Shown in pieces: positions 38,309-47,489 of a stretch of DNA of 64,000 nt. Both the position numbers and the translations under genes were made by a program. How positions within the stretch are numbered: the stretch's first letter is position 1; the number at the start of each line of letters is the position of its first letter. The stretch comes from an uncultured bacterium (GTDB lineage Bacteria > Oederibacteriota > PGYV01 > CAWJRG01), in assembly GCA_963845185.1 (NCBI GenBank), contig CAWJRG010000006.1, positions 32,709-96,708 on the forward strand, in the 5' to 3' direction. Under the pieces are notes generated by a model, which saw only the letters and a list, made by a program, of their open reading frames with translations, was not told the origin of the DNA and ran no database searches.

Positions 38309-40213
38309 TTGATAAGTTGTAATAAAAAATCAGTAATCAGAATTTGCTTAATCATAATGGGCTTGTTTTTATTTATGAATGTGAAAGCAGGTAATATCTG
38401 GATAGATAACTATGGGACAAGCAGCACAGCAGGGACGTGGAATAGCGGTATAAGGTCGGATACAACAACTACAATACAACCGCCTTATGTAAAAAGATGG
38501 GAAAATTATGCGTGGAGCGTAACACCCGGTGCGAATGTAGTGCCTTATACTAATTTTGCTTTAATTTATAATGGATATGTATATTTTGGTCAAGGAAATG
38601 CGGACACAGGAGGGGTATATTGGGACAACCCGGGGTATGTATGGGCATGGGACATACAGACGGGCGTGACAAAAACAGGGTATCCGCTCGGGCCGATTGA
38701 CAGCGGAATAATATCAATAGGTGGATTAGTAATAGGAAATAATAATGTGTATGCAATAACACAGCATAGAGTATATGGATGGGATTTAAATACTCTGAAT
38801 TTAATATCAGGATTTCCTATAGATATAACAGAAACAGCTGGACAAACATTATGGGTTAGACCTGAAGATGGGATAACATACTGGCAGAATAAATTATATT
38901 TTGTAATTGGTGATCTGAGAGGAAATACAGCGGATATGAGAAGTTATTTATTCGTAAAAGACGCGAATAATGGAAGTGAATTATGGAGGAAACAATTAAG
39001 CATGGGGGGTGGGCAGACTCCTGCAATATGGAATGGACGGGTATATGTAGGAGATAGACAAAATCAGCAAATTCATTGCTGGGACGCGAATACAGGAGCT
39101 GACTGCGCAAATTTTCCCGTAAGTGTAACTGGAACAATGCGGGCAATGCCTGTAATAGAAAATGGGACAATATACATCGGAACAGAATCGGGATATTTTT
39201 ACTCGATAGACGCGACAACAGGGAATATAAACTGGACATATGCGACCGTTGGCAACGAGCACATAGACAGCACGGCAAGTATCTGGCAGGATAAGATATA
39301 TTTTGGCGGCGATAATGGAAACCTGTATGGGCTGTATAAAGCGACAGGGAATCTTGTGAGCGGGTTTCCAGTCAGCAATGCCGGCGGTTCTGGGCCAATG
39401 AGCACCGCAAATGGCGTAATATATAACGCTGGTTACGGAGGCCTGGCAATTAACGCAAATAACGGCGCTTTGTTATGGACTGGAAATCCAGATGCAACGC
39501 ATGGCGGTGGAGTCTCTTTTCAATATAATTATCAATCAGCAGCTATAGGCCAGAATGAGGTAGTAATGGTGTATCCGGGATTTAATGGAATTGTGGTTTA
39601 CTGTATGCCATCACCCACAGCCTCGCCGACAGTTTCGCCCACCATAACCGGAACTCCGCCGACACTTACAATGACGGAAACCATAACGTCTACCATGACT
39701 TTCACAAGCACGCAGACAATGACAAGTACTTATACGATAACAGTCACAATCACGCAGACATTTACATCCTCTTCGACAGCTTCGACTTCGGCTACACCTT
39801 CGCTCACTGTTACAAGCTCGGTGTCCAACACTCCTACTGTAACTATGACATTGACAATAACTCAAACCTTGACACCTCAGCCTACATATACCATAACGCC
39901 GACAGTAACAGCGATTCCAGCCTCTTTTTATTTTAAGCTCATAGCAAACTCCCCAAACCCTGCCAGTGGATATACTTACATTATCTATGAACTCGGCACG
40001 GGAGCGGATGTAAAAGTCAAAATATACACAATAAGCGGGGAAAAAGTAACCACATTTGAACAACAAGGCTCGGCTGGAAGAAATAGCATCCGATGGAACT
40101 GCAAAAATTTTGCGAATAAAGACGTAGCCAGCGGAGTATACATATACAGAATTGAAGCGGTGTCAGGCAGCAATAAAGCAAAAGCGTGGAGTAAGCTGGC
40201 GGTTTTGCGATAG
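38309..40213 (+). CDS. Secreted PQQ-like propeller protein with Thr-rich linker and CTD; paralog B'
   Basis: Near-identical to 36169-38064 after the signal peptide. Confidence 0.85.
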   Translation: MISCNKKSVIRICLIIMGLFLFMNVKAGNIWIDNYGTSSTAGTWNSGIRSDTTTTIQPPYVKRWENYAWSVTPGANVVPYTNFALIYNGYVYFGQGNADTGGVYWDNPGYVWAWDIQTGVTKTGYPLGPIDSGIISIGGLVIGNNNVYAITQHRVYGWDLNTLNLISGFPIDITETAGQTLWVRPEDGITYWQNKLYFVIGDLRGNTADMRSYLFVKDANNGSELWRKQLSMGGGQTPAIWNGRVYVGDRQNQQIHCWDANTGADCANFPVSVTGTMRAMPVIENGTIYIGTESGYFYSIDATTGNINWTYATVGNEHIDSTASIWQDKIYFGGDNGNLYGLYKATGNLVSGFPVSNAGGSGPMSTANGVIYNAGYGGLAINANNGALLWTGNPDATHGGGVSFQYNYQSAAIGQNEVVMVYPGFNGIVVYCMPSPTASPTVSPTITGTPPTLTMTETITSTMTFTSTQTMTSTYTITVTITQTFTSSSTASTSATPSLTVTSSVSNTPTVTMTLTITQTLTPQPTYTITPTVTAIPASFYFKLIANSPNPASGYTYIIYELGTGADVKVKIYTISGEKVTTFEQQGSAGRNSIRWNCKNFANKDVASGVYIYRIEAVSGSNKAKAWSKLAVLR

Positions 40214-40356
40214 ATGTATTTCTCTCTTTTTCCTGTAAGGGAAGAAAGAAAAGATGAAATAAAGCGCAGGCCGGAATTAAAAAATTTGATTTTGAAAGAA
40301 GAAAAGTCTATAATTTAAGCATAAGGCAAAATCAACGGACTATTAGGAGGATAAAA

Positions 40357-41015
40357 ATGAGGCACACCTTAACACCAACAAATACAAATATCCCCGCAAT
40401 TACATTGACCGCGAGCCCGGCATTTACGATAACGCCGACACCTACATTTACGAATACCGAGGTCCTGACTTACACAAATACTCCGACAGGCACGCCGACG
40501 AATACGCCGACGTGGACACCGACATGGACGCAGACATTAATACCCAGTACCCCAACATTTACATCGACGGCCACCACAATTAATATAAGTTACGACAGTT
40601 CTTCAAAAGCAACCCGCAGCAACGGGTTCTCATCCACGACCTTGTCCTGGACGCACACCTGCGCGGCTGCGCCCAACATACTTATTGTGACTTTAAGCAC
40701 GAACGGTACTGCTACGGTGAGTTCAGTGGCTTTTGGCGGCTCAAGCATGGTTTTGTCCGGTTCCCAGACTTCAGGCAACGTAAAAATTTATAAGTATTAT
40801 TTATTGAACGCGCCTACAGGCGCATTTAACATAACGGCGACTACGTCCGCAAGAAGCGACCTGGCCTGCGCTGCAGTCAGCTATAAAGGCGTATACGGCA
40901 TTGCAACGCCTGCAATGAGCCTGAATACAGGAAAAGGCGTTACCCTTACCGGCACAACAGGCTGGAAAGGGTCGTATATTGACGGAGGGTTCGGCAATGC
41001 CCTGGCCCTGTCGAA
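40357..41015 (+). pseudogene. Internal fragment of a Thr-linker surface protein (linker plus beta-sandwich domain), truncated at the IS110 junction
   Basis: AGGAGG RBS and ATG run straight into a TPT linker with no signal peptide; the frame continues into antisense transposase sequence (ORF ends 41103); the right boundary is approximate. Confidence 0.6.
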
Positions 41016-42136
41016 CACTTCCTCTCTTCTGCTCTTCCATTTCCTTTGCCTTCCGCTACCTTTGACTTTGAACTTTTACCATAGGCAAGATAACGCAATC
41101 TAACAAGTTTGGTATGAGTATTTTTCGGAAGGATATAGCGGTAGTCCTCTTTGCGTTTCAGCATAAACCACACAATCCTTGTCATTTTTGCCGCAACTGC
41201 GATAATTGCCTTGTTCCGTCCTTTCCTTGCGTATAACCGGCGGAAGAACGCACGCAATGGCGATGGATACCTAACAACCGTCTGTGCCGCCTGGACCAGG
41301 GCAGAGCGGGCGTGTATATTGCCTCGTTTTGTTATCCGGCCCGTATGGCAGGTATCGGCACTCTGGTAAATGGCAGAACCTAATCCAAAATAACCAACAA
41401 GTTTCTTGGGAGAGTCAAAGCGCTGGATATTGCCGATTGCAGATTTCAAAGTTACAGCATTGAAAAGGCCAATGCCGGTTATAGTCAATAATCTGCGAAC
41501 ATCTGCGTCATTAACAACCCTTTTAGCGATTCGTTTCATGATCGCGCCGGTTCGTTTTTCAAGGCAGTCAAGCAAGGCAATTTCCTCTTTCATTTGTTGC
41601 TTTTCGTCCTGTGGCAAAGAAACATTCAAAAGATATTTGCGTGCCTTCCGGCAAAACCTATCGTAATAATCAGCGTCAGGCACAAGGTTGCGCTGGAGGA
41701 CAGCGTGGATACGATTCTTGACCAGAACCTTTTGCCTGGAGATAGACTGGTGATAGGCAATTAATCTTCGCAGGGCGGCAATTTCAAAATCAGGCTGCCA
41801 AATATCCGGAATATAATTTACAGCGTGCAGATTTGCAAGAGACAAGGCATCCACCTTATCTGTCTTTACCTTGGATGTGGATATGACCTTATTCGCCATA
41901 GGATTCGATATGGTGATTCTTGCCTTTGTATTTTCTTTAAGCAGGGCAGCAATGCCGTGAGCGTTTCCCGAATTTTCAAGGACAACAGAATCTTCAGGCG
42001 ATAAAGACCTGGCAAAGCTGCGTATAGCGTCTTTGTCAGTGCGTATGGCATATGACCTGTCCGCAGACTTTGACGGCCTGGCAACTGTTGCAACCTGTAT
42101 AAACCGCTTATGACAATCAAGGCCAATAAATGCCAA
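40946..42136 (-). mobile_element. IS110-family DEDD recombinase/transposase
   Basis: FIGLDCHK (RuvC-like D), LENSG, KTDKVDA, RFDSPKKLVGYFGL, YQSA...GRITKRG, A.IAVAAK. Confidence 0.93.
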
Positions 42137-42220
42137 GAATTTCCACCCCGGATATAAGTCCCAAAGGGGCGGCCAGTTACGACGACAGGCTCGCAGCCCA
42201 TAGTAATATTCAGCCTATCC
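42137..42220 (-). ncRNA. Candidate IS110 non-coding end / bridge-RNA-like structured leader
   Basis: GGCT-GCG-AGCC hairpin and CCGCCCC...GGGGTGG stem with an internal loop, immediately upstream of the TTG start. Confidence 0.45.
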
Positions 42221-42324
42221 CCTTTGTTTTCTGTTGAATCTTTTATCTTGAAATAAGTTTTTTTAGGGCTATAATATTATGAACAATAGGAAATCATAAG
42301 GTGATTTGATAAAGGAGACGAAGT

Positions 42325-42645
42325 ATGGAAGAGTTAAATGAGATAAAAGCAGTAATCGGAAAAATTTTATCCCGGTTCGGGCAGGAGATTGAAAAAATAA
42401 TACTCTTCGGCTCCCGTGCTGCTGGAACCCAGACAAAATACAGTGATTATGATTTACTTGTAGTAATTAAAGCGACAATTCCCATAGAAAAAAAGATTGA
42501 AATTTCGGCGCAGATAAGGAGTGAACTGGCGAAAGAAAAAATCGACGCTGATATAATCATAAAATCCGGGGAAGAAACCGAAACTTACAAGGAATATATC
42601 GGGACCATTGTGAGGGAAGCCCTGAAAGAAGGGGTTGTTATATGA
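42325..42645 (+). CDS. Minimal nucleotidyltransferase (MNT) protein
   Basis: LFGSRAAG....SDYDLLVV; AGGAG RBS; TTGAAA-16 nt-TATAAT promoter at 42248-42275. Confidence 0.88.
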   Translation: MEELNEIKAVIGKILSRFGQEIEKIILFGSRAAGTQTKYSDYDLLVVIKATIPIEKKIEISAQIRSELAKEKIDADIIIKSGEETETYKEYIGTIVREALKEGVVI

Positions 42646-42710
42646 TAGAAGCTAAAATCAAGAACTGGCTCATAAAAGCAGTCCGTGATTTTATACGAGG
42701 TGATAAATGA
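42642..42710 (+). pseudogene. Truncated HEPN-domain gene (22 codons)
   Basis: MIEAKIKNWLIKAVRD matches the W..KA..D start of HEPN partners; ATGA-coupled to the MNT gene. Confidence 0.6.
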
Positions 42711-42994
42711 GTCCGTCAATTAAACAAATATCAAAGAAAATTATGCCAATTTTAAAAAGGCATCATGTAAGCAGGGCCGGTGTTTTTGGCTCTGCTGCCA
42801 GGGGTGAAAGTACAGCAAAAAGTGATATTGATGTGCTGGTTGAAATACCTGGAAATATAAGCCTGCTTGAATTTGCCGGAATAAAAATCGAGCTGGAAGA
42901 GGCTCTCGGCAGGAAGGTTGACCTGGTGGAGTACGCCGCCATAAAGCCTGTAATAAAGGATAATATATTAAAAGAACAGGTTGCCATATTGTGA
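42707..42994 (+). CDS. MntA-type antitoxin (adenylyltransferase)
   Basis: FGSAARGE....SDIDVLVE (GSx10DxD), LGRKVDLV. Confidence 0.9.
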   Translation: MSPSIKQISKKIMPILKRHHVSRAGVFGSAARGESTAKSDIDVLVEIPGNISLLEFAGIKIELEEALGRKVDLVEYAAIKPVIKDNILKEQVAIL

Positions 42995-43326
42995 AGAATG
43001 TCAAACTGTATTTGACCGATATCTTGGAATCAATAACAAAAATAGAAGAATATATTTCGAATGTTTCAGAAAAGGATTTTTTAAACAATACCCAGCTTCA
43101 GGATTCGGTGATAAGAAGGTTTGAGATAATAGGCGAGGCTGTGAAACGCATACCGGCAGATTTTAAGAAAAAGCATGCCGAAATTGAATGGAAAAAAGTG
43201 GCGGGAATGCGTGACATATTGGCCCATGAATACGAAAGTGTCCTGATGAACAGGATTTGGAAAGTGGCCAAAGAAGATGCAGTGACATTAAAAGCACAAA
43301 TTGAAAAAATATTCAAATCAATCTAA
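42991..43326 (+). CDS. HepT/DUF86 HEPN ribonuclease toxin
   Basis: EIIGEA, GMRDILAHEY (Rx4HxY); GTGA overlap with the MNT gene. Confidence 0.9.
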   Translation: MKNVKLYLTDILESITKIEEYISNVSEKDFLNNTQLQDSVIRRFEIIGEAVKRIPADFKKKHAEIEWKKVAGMRDILAHEYESVLMNRIWKVAKEDAVTLKAQIEKIFKSI

Positions 43327-43345
43327 TGTAAAAAGAGGGGAACGG

Positions 43346-43483
43346 ATGAAATCCGGCATAACCACAAGATACTACTACGACGGTTCACTCATTCCCGCAA
43401 AAAAAGACTCCTCAAACAATCTACAGAAAATCTACGTCAATGACGGTTTTGGAATTGTAGCTATGGTGAGGAACGTGGATTAA
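43346..43483 (+). pseudogene. RHS/YD-repeat core fragment
   Basis: TTRYYYDG..I...D.S....K.YV.D..G.VAMVR resembles an RHS core repeat. Confidence 0.55.
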
Positions 43484-43631
43484 TCAAGATGCTATGCCGA
43501 AGGAAAAAATGCAACAACTTTTACATTCATAAAAACAGATTTTAAAGGAATATTAGGCGGGGCAAAATGAATTGCATTTTCAGGAATATCTGATATAATA
43601 ATTTAAAAGTTATATAATCCCGCTACGCGAA

Positions 43632-43830
43632 AATCCCCCGCCGGTAGAGGCGGGGATTGATAGCGCTCCGGTACCGCTTGTCCTCGGCTAAAGCCTCGGA
43701 CTAGAGCGGGTACCTGAGAGCGTAATATTTTGTTGTCGCCTTCGGCTTGACAAAACAAACGCTATCAAGGGAGGGAGCATATTAGAGAATTTTTTAAAGG
43801 TGCTCCGCCTTTACAGGCGGGGGCTCCACA
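43632..43830. mobile_element. Non-autonomous palindromic element resembling IS200/IS605 ends (PATE/MITE-like)
   Basis: Terminal hairpins AATCCCCCGCC-GGTAGA-GGCGGGGATT and GCTCCGCCT-TTAC-AGGCGGGGGC; nested internal stems. Confidence 0.6.
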
Positions 43831-43850
43831 TCACATAAAGGGGTGATACT

Positions 43851-44231
43851 ATGGAAAAAGAGATTATATTTACAAACGACGCGCCGCCTCCCCAGGGAGC
43901 ATATTCGCAGGCAGTTAAGTACGGCAATTTTATTTTTCTTGCCGGGCAGATACCGATAGACATGAATACAGGAATTATCAATACCGAAGGCATACACAAG
44001 GAAATGCGTATTATAATGCACAATATAAGTACAGTTTTGAATGCTGCGGGAAGCTCGCTGGCAAAAATAGTAAAATTTACCGTTTATTTAAAAGCAATAG
44101 ACGACAGCAAATGGGTGGATGAAATATTAAAGGAAACTATCGGTGATAATTTTCCTGCCAGGGCAATTGTCGCGGTCTCAAACCTGCCTAAAAATGTCAA
44201 TATAGAGATCGACGTAATATCCGGGATATGA
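43851..44231 (+). CDS. ridA: RidA/YjgF-family enamine/imine deaminase
   Basis: AP...GAYSQA, AGQIP, PARA.V.VSNLP....IEI. Confidence 0.88.
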   Translation: MEKEIIFTNDAPPPQGAYSQAVKYGNFIFLAGQIPIDMNTGIINTEGIHKEMRIIMHNISTVLNAAGSSLAKIVKFTVYLKAIDDSKWVDEILKETIGDNFPARAIVAVSNLPKNVNIEIDVISGI

Positions 44232-44363
44232 TTAAAACAAGGTTGCAAGTTTAATGTTTAAAGTTTCAGGTTTGAAAACAGATTGCTTCGACACGTCGCT
44301 TCCCGCAATGATACCGACACCACAAAATAGTTTTTTACCACCCAACCAAAAGGATTTTAAAAA

Positions 44364-47300
44364 ATGAAAAAAGTAATTTTTTTTGCTTTGGTTTTTATGC
44401 TGGTGAAAGCCGTGCCTCTTTTTGCGGTTTACGGGCAAACCTCGCTTGTCGCCGGAGAAGGAGCCTATTACGGGGACAACAGCACATACCTTGACGCCAC
44501 TTTTAACGGGCCGATGGATATCGTTATAGACCCGGCAACAGGCAATAAATATATTGCGGATACATATAACAACGTAATAAGGGAAATAAGCGCTTCCGGT
44601 ATAGTGACGACACTGGCAGGAAACGCCGCGGCAGGTTATGCCGAAGGCATAGGAGCAGCCGCAAGTTTTAACAATCCCTACGCTATATGCCTTGACAGCC
44701 AGGACGGCATCATATTTGTGGCCGACACCATAAACAGCAGGATCAGGGGGATTTACCTTTCGAATTCGCAGACTTTCCTTGTCGCAGGCCTGAGTAATAG
44801 CGGCGCGTCGGACGGTGCGAATACTGTAAACGCCAGGTTTTACAGCCCGATGGGCATAGCGTACGACGGGTCAGGGCCTGTTCATTATATTTATGTCAGC
44901 GACTCGTATAATTACAAGATAAGGAGAATCGACCTGACCGCCAACACAACCACAACCATAGCAGGGGCAAGCTATGGCTACAAAGAAGGGACGGGCGCCG
45001 GAGCTTTATTCAACGCGCCCAGGGGCATTGATATAGACACTGTCAACCAGATATTATATATAGCGGATACGGGGAATAACAGGATAAGGGGGCTCAACCT
45101 TTCTACAAAAGCTTCTTTTTACGTCGCAGGAGGCTCTGCCGGCTGGCAGGACGGCAACAGCACCACGGCAATGTTTTCGGCGCCGGCTGACGTGAGCCTT
45201 AATACAATCAACGCTGAATTATACGTGGCAGACCAGAACAATTATGACATAAGGGCAGTCAATCTTGCGGCAGGCACGGTCGCTACGCTTGCGGGAAATC
45301 ACCTGGCTTCGGGCTATAAGGAGGCCACGGGCACGGCAGCGCTTTTCAACAAGCCGCAGGGAAACGCGTATAATTATATCGACAATAAAATTTATGTCGC
45401 AGATACGGGGAACTCGAGGATCAGGACAATTGACCCTGCAAATAACAGCCAGACCGCGCTTTTTTCCGGCATGAGCAGCTATGGCGGGGACGGGAATATG
45501 GCCCCAAACGCCACTTTTTACGCGCCGAACGACGTGGCTTTAAATACAGTAACAAGCAGGAAATATATTGCGGACACGGGCAACAGCGCGATAAGGATGA
45601 TTGATGAAGGCAGCATGATATCTACAATCGCCGGCAACGGGTCCGCAGGATACGCCGAAGGATTGGGCACATCAGCCGTGTTTTCAAGCCCGCAGGGGCT
45701 GGCCGTGGATTCAATAAGAAACCTGCTATATATTTCAGACTCAGGCAACCATGCAATAAGAAAGCTTGACCTTTCCACTTACCAGACTTCGCTGGTGGCC
45801 GGCAGCCCCGGGGTTTCAGGATATGCCGACGGCATCGGCAGCAACGCGAAATTTTACAACCCGGGAGGGATTGACATCGATGCGCAAAATAACATTCTTT
45901 ACGTGGCTGACACCGGGAACCAGGTTATTAGAGAAATTAATTTGAACACGGACCAGACTTCCTTTATAGCCGGGCATATGACCACAACCGCCAGCTACGC
46001 CGAAGGCACAGGCGCCAGCGCTTATTTTCACAGTCCGTACGGGGTCTTATATTACGGCACTTATAACATTTTATTTGTGACAGACACCGGCAATGATGTA
46101 GTAAGGTACATTGAGCTCGGCACGCAGCAAACCGTGCTTCTTTCAGGCACGCCCCAGACCCCCGGCGATGTTCTTGTGCCGACGGGAGGCGGAATGTTGT
46201 CAGCCAAATTTAAAAATCCCACGGGGCTGGCTCTTGACTATAACGCCCAGTTATTATATGTAAGCGATTCGGGAAACGAGAAGGTAAAGGCAATCGACCT
46301 CGCAGGAAACGGGGTTTACGAGGTCTCGGGAAGCAGCACAGCCGGTTACGCGGAAGGCATAGGAACAGCAGCGCTTTTTACCAGCCCGTACGGGATGGGG
46401 ATTGATGTGAATAACCAGGCGGTATATATAGCCGACTCCGGGAACAGCAGGATAAGGAAGATAGATGTAACCATGCCGACGCCTACAGTGACCATAACCC
46501 AGACAGGCACAATTACTTTAACGCCAACCATATCCCCGACCATGAATGGTACGGCAACCGTAACCCCCACTCTCACTACATTTTTGAGCGCAACAATAAC
46601 GCCGACTTACAGCCAGTCTTTTACGCAGACACAGACATTTACGATAACAGAAACATTGACCATAAGCCCGACGGATACTGCCACGCAAACCGGAACAAAC
46701 ACAGGAACAGCAACGCCGACAATGACAATAACCCAAACGCCGACCATAAGCCCTACAGATACAACAACAGCTACCAATACCGTTACCTCGACAGAAACGC
46801 CGACATACACAATCACTGAGACCATAACTTCGAGCCCGACTTACACATACACCTGCACATATACGGAAACAATGACATGCACGGAAACACCCACAATCTC
46901 ACAGACACCCACGCCGAGCCCTTATGTTTCAAACACTCCGACTTATACAATAAGCGAAACTCTAACACAGTCGGCAACTTTTACGGAAACAATGACTTTT
47001 ACGGATACGCAGACAGCAACGGCAACCGGTACGGTCTCTCTTACAACGACGATTACGGAAACACTGACGGCAACGGCACCGGAAACAGCAACGCCTACTG
47101 CCACGGCTTCCCTTTATTTAACATCATTTACACCCACCCCTGCGCTGACAATCACGGCCACAAGCACGCCTGTGGAATATATAGAACTGGATCCCAATTT
47201 TATAAAAGGCCAGATTGTAATACCAAACCCGTCAAGCGGGAATTTCAGAATAAGATTTACCACAACGCAGCAGGCAAAAACAATAAATGTAAAAATTTAT

Positions 47301-47480
47301 ACTTCCGGGTTCAGGCTTATCAGGATGCAGCAATATATTGATGTGATTACGGGCATTCATGATATGCAGATAGAAGACATGAACAATGCCGCAAGCGGCT
47401 GGTATTATTATTCGATTGACGGCGAAAGCGATTATGGGGACAAGACGCTGGTTTACGGCGGGTTCATTATAATCAAATAA
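44364..47480 (+). CDS. Secreted NHL-repeat (two propellers) protein with long Thr-rich linker and CTD
   Basis: Signal peptide; about 12 F..P.G....LY.AD.GN..IR.I repeats; about 230-aa T/P linker; PNP...IYTSGFRLIR...ASGWYYY. Confidence 0.88.
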   Translation: MKKVIFFALVFMLVKAVPLFAVYGQTSLVAGEGAYYGDNSTYLDATFNGPMDIVIDPATGNKYIADTYNNVIREISASGIVTTLAGNAAAGYAEGIGAAASFNNPYAICLDSQDGIIFVADTINSRIRGIYLSNSQTFLVAGLSNSGASDGANTVNARFYSPMGIAYDGSGPVHYIYVSDSYNYKIRRIDLTANTTTTIAGASYGYKEGTGAGALFNAPRGIDIDTVNQILYIADTGNNRIRGLNLSTKASFYVAGGSAGWQDGNSTTAMFSAPADVSLNTINAELYVADQNNYDIRAVNLAAGTVATLAGNHLASGYKEATGTAALFNKPQGNAYNYIDNKIYVADTGNSRIRTIDPANNSQTALFSGMSSYGGDGNMAPNATFYAPNDVALNTVTSRKYIADTGNSAIRMIDEGSMISTIAGNGSAGYAEGLGTSAVFSSPQGLAVDSIRNLLYISDSGNHAIRKLDLSTYQTSLVAGSPGVSGYADGIGSNAKFYNPGGIDIDAQNNILYVADTGNQVIREINLNTDQTSFIAGHMTTTASYAEGTGASAYFHSPYGVLYYGTYNILFVTDTGNDVVRYIELGTQQTVLLSGTPQTPGDVLVPTGGGMLSAKFKNPTGLALDYNAQLLYVSDSGNEKVKAIDLAGNGVYEVSGSSTAGYAEGIGTAALFTSPYGMGIDVNNQAVYIADSGNSRIRKIDVTMPTPTVTITQTGTITLTPTISPTMNGTATVTPTLTTFLSATITPTYSQSFTQTQTFTITETLTISPTDTATQTGTNTGTATPTMTITQTPTISPTDTTTATNTVTSTETPTYTITETITSSPTYTYTCTYTETMTCTETPTISQTPTPSPYVSNTPTYTISETLTQSATFTETMTFTDTQTATATGTVSLTTTITETLTATAPETATPTATASLYLTSFTPTPALTITATSTPVEYIELDPNFIKGQIVIPNPSSGNFRIRFTTTQQAKTINVKIYTSGFRLIRMQQYIDVITGIHDMQIEDMNNAASGWYYYSIDGESDYGDKTLVYGGFIIIK

Positions 47481-47489
47481 AAATCAGTA

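Noticed and set aside
36169-40213. Diversity-generating retroelement TR/VR pair (B vs B', or the NHL blades)
   Set aside because: Differences are mostly synonymous and not adenine-specific, variable codons include TGG and GAA, and there is no reverse transcriptase in the window
41007-42189. CCTGTCG...CGACAGG as terminal inverted repeats or a guide match of the IS110
   Set aside because: Only 7 bp and not extendable, so it is compatible with chance
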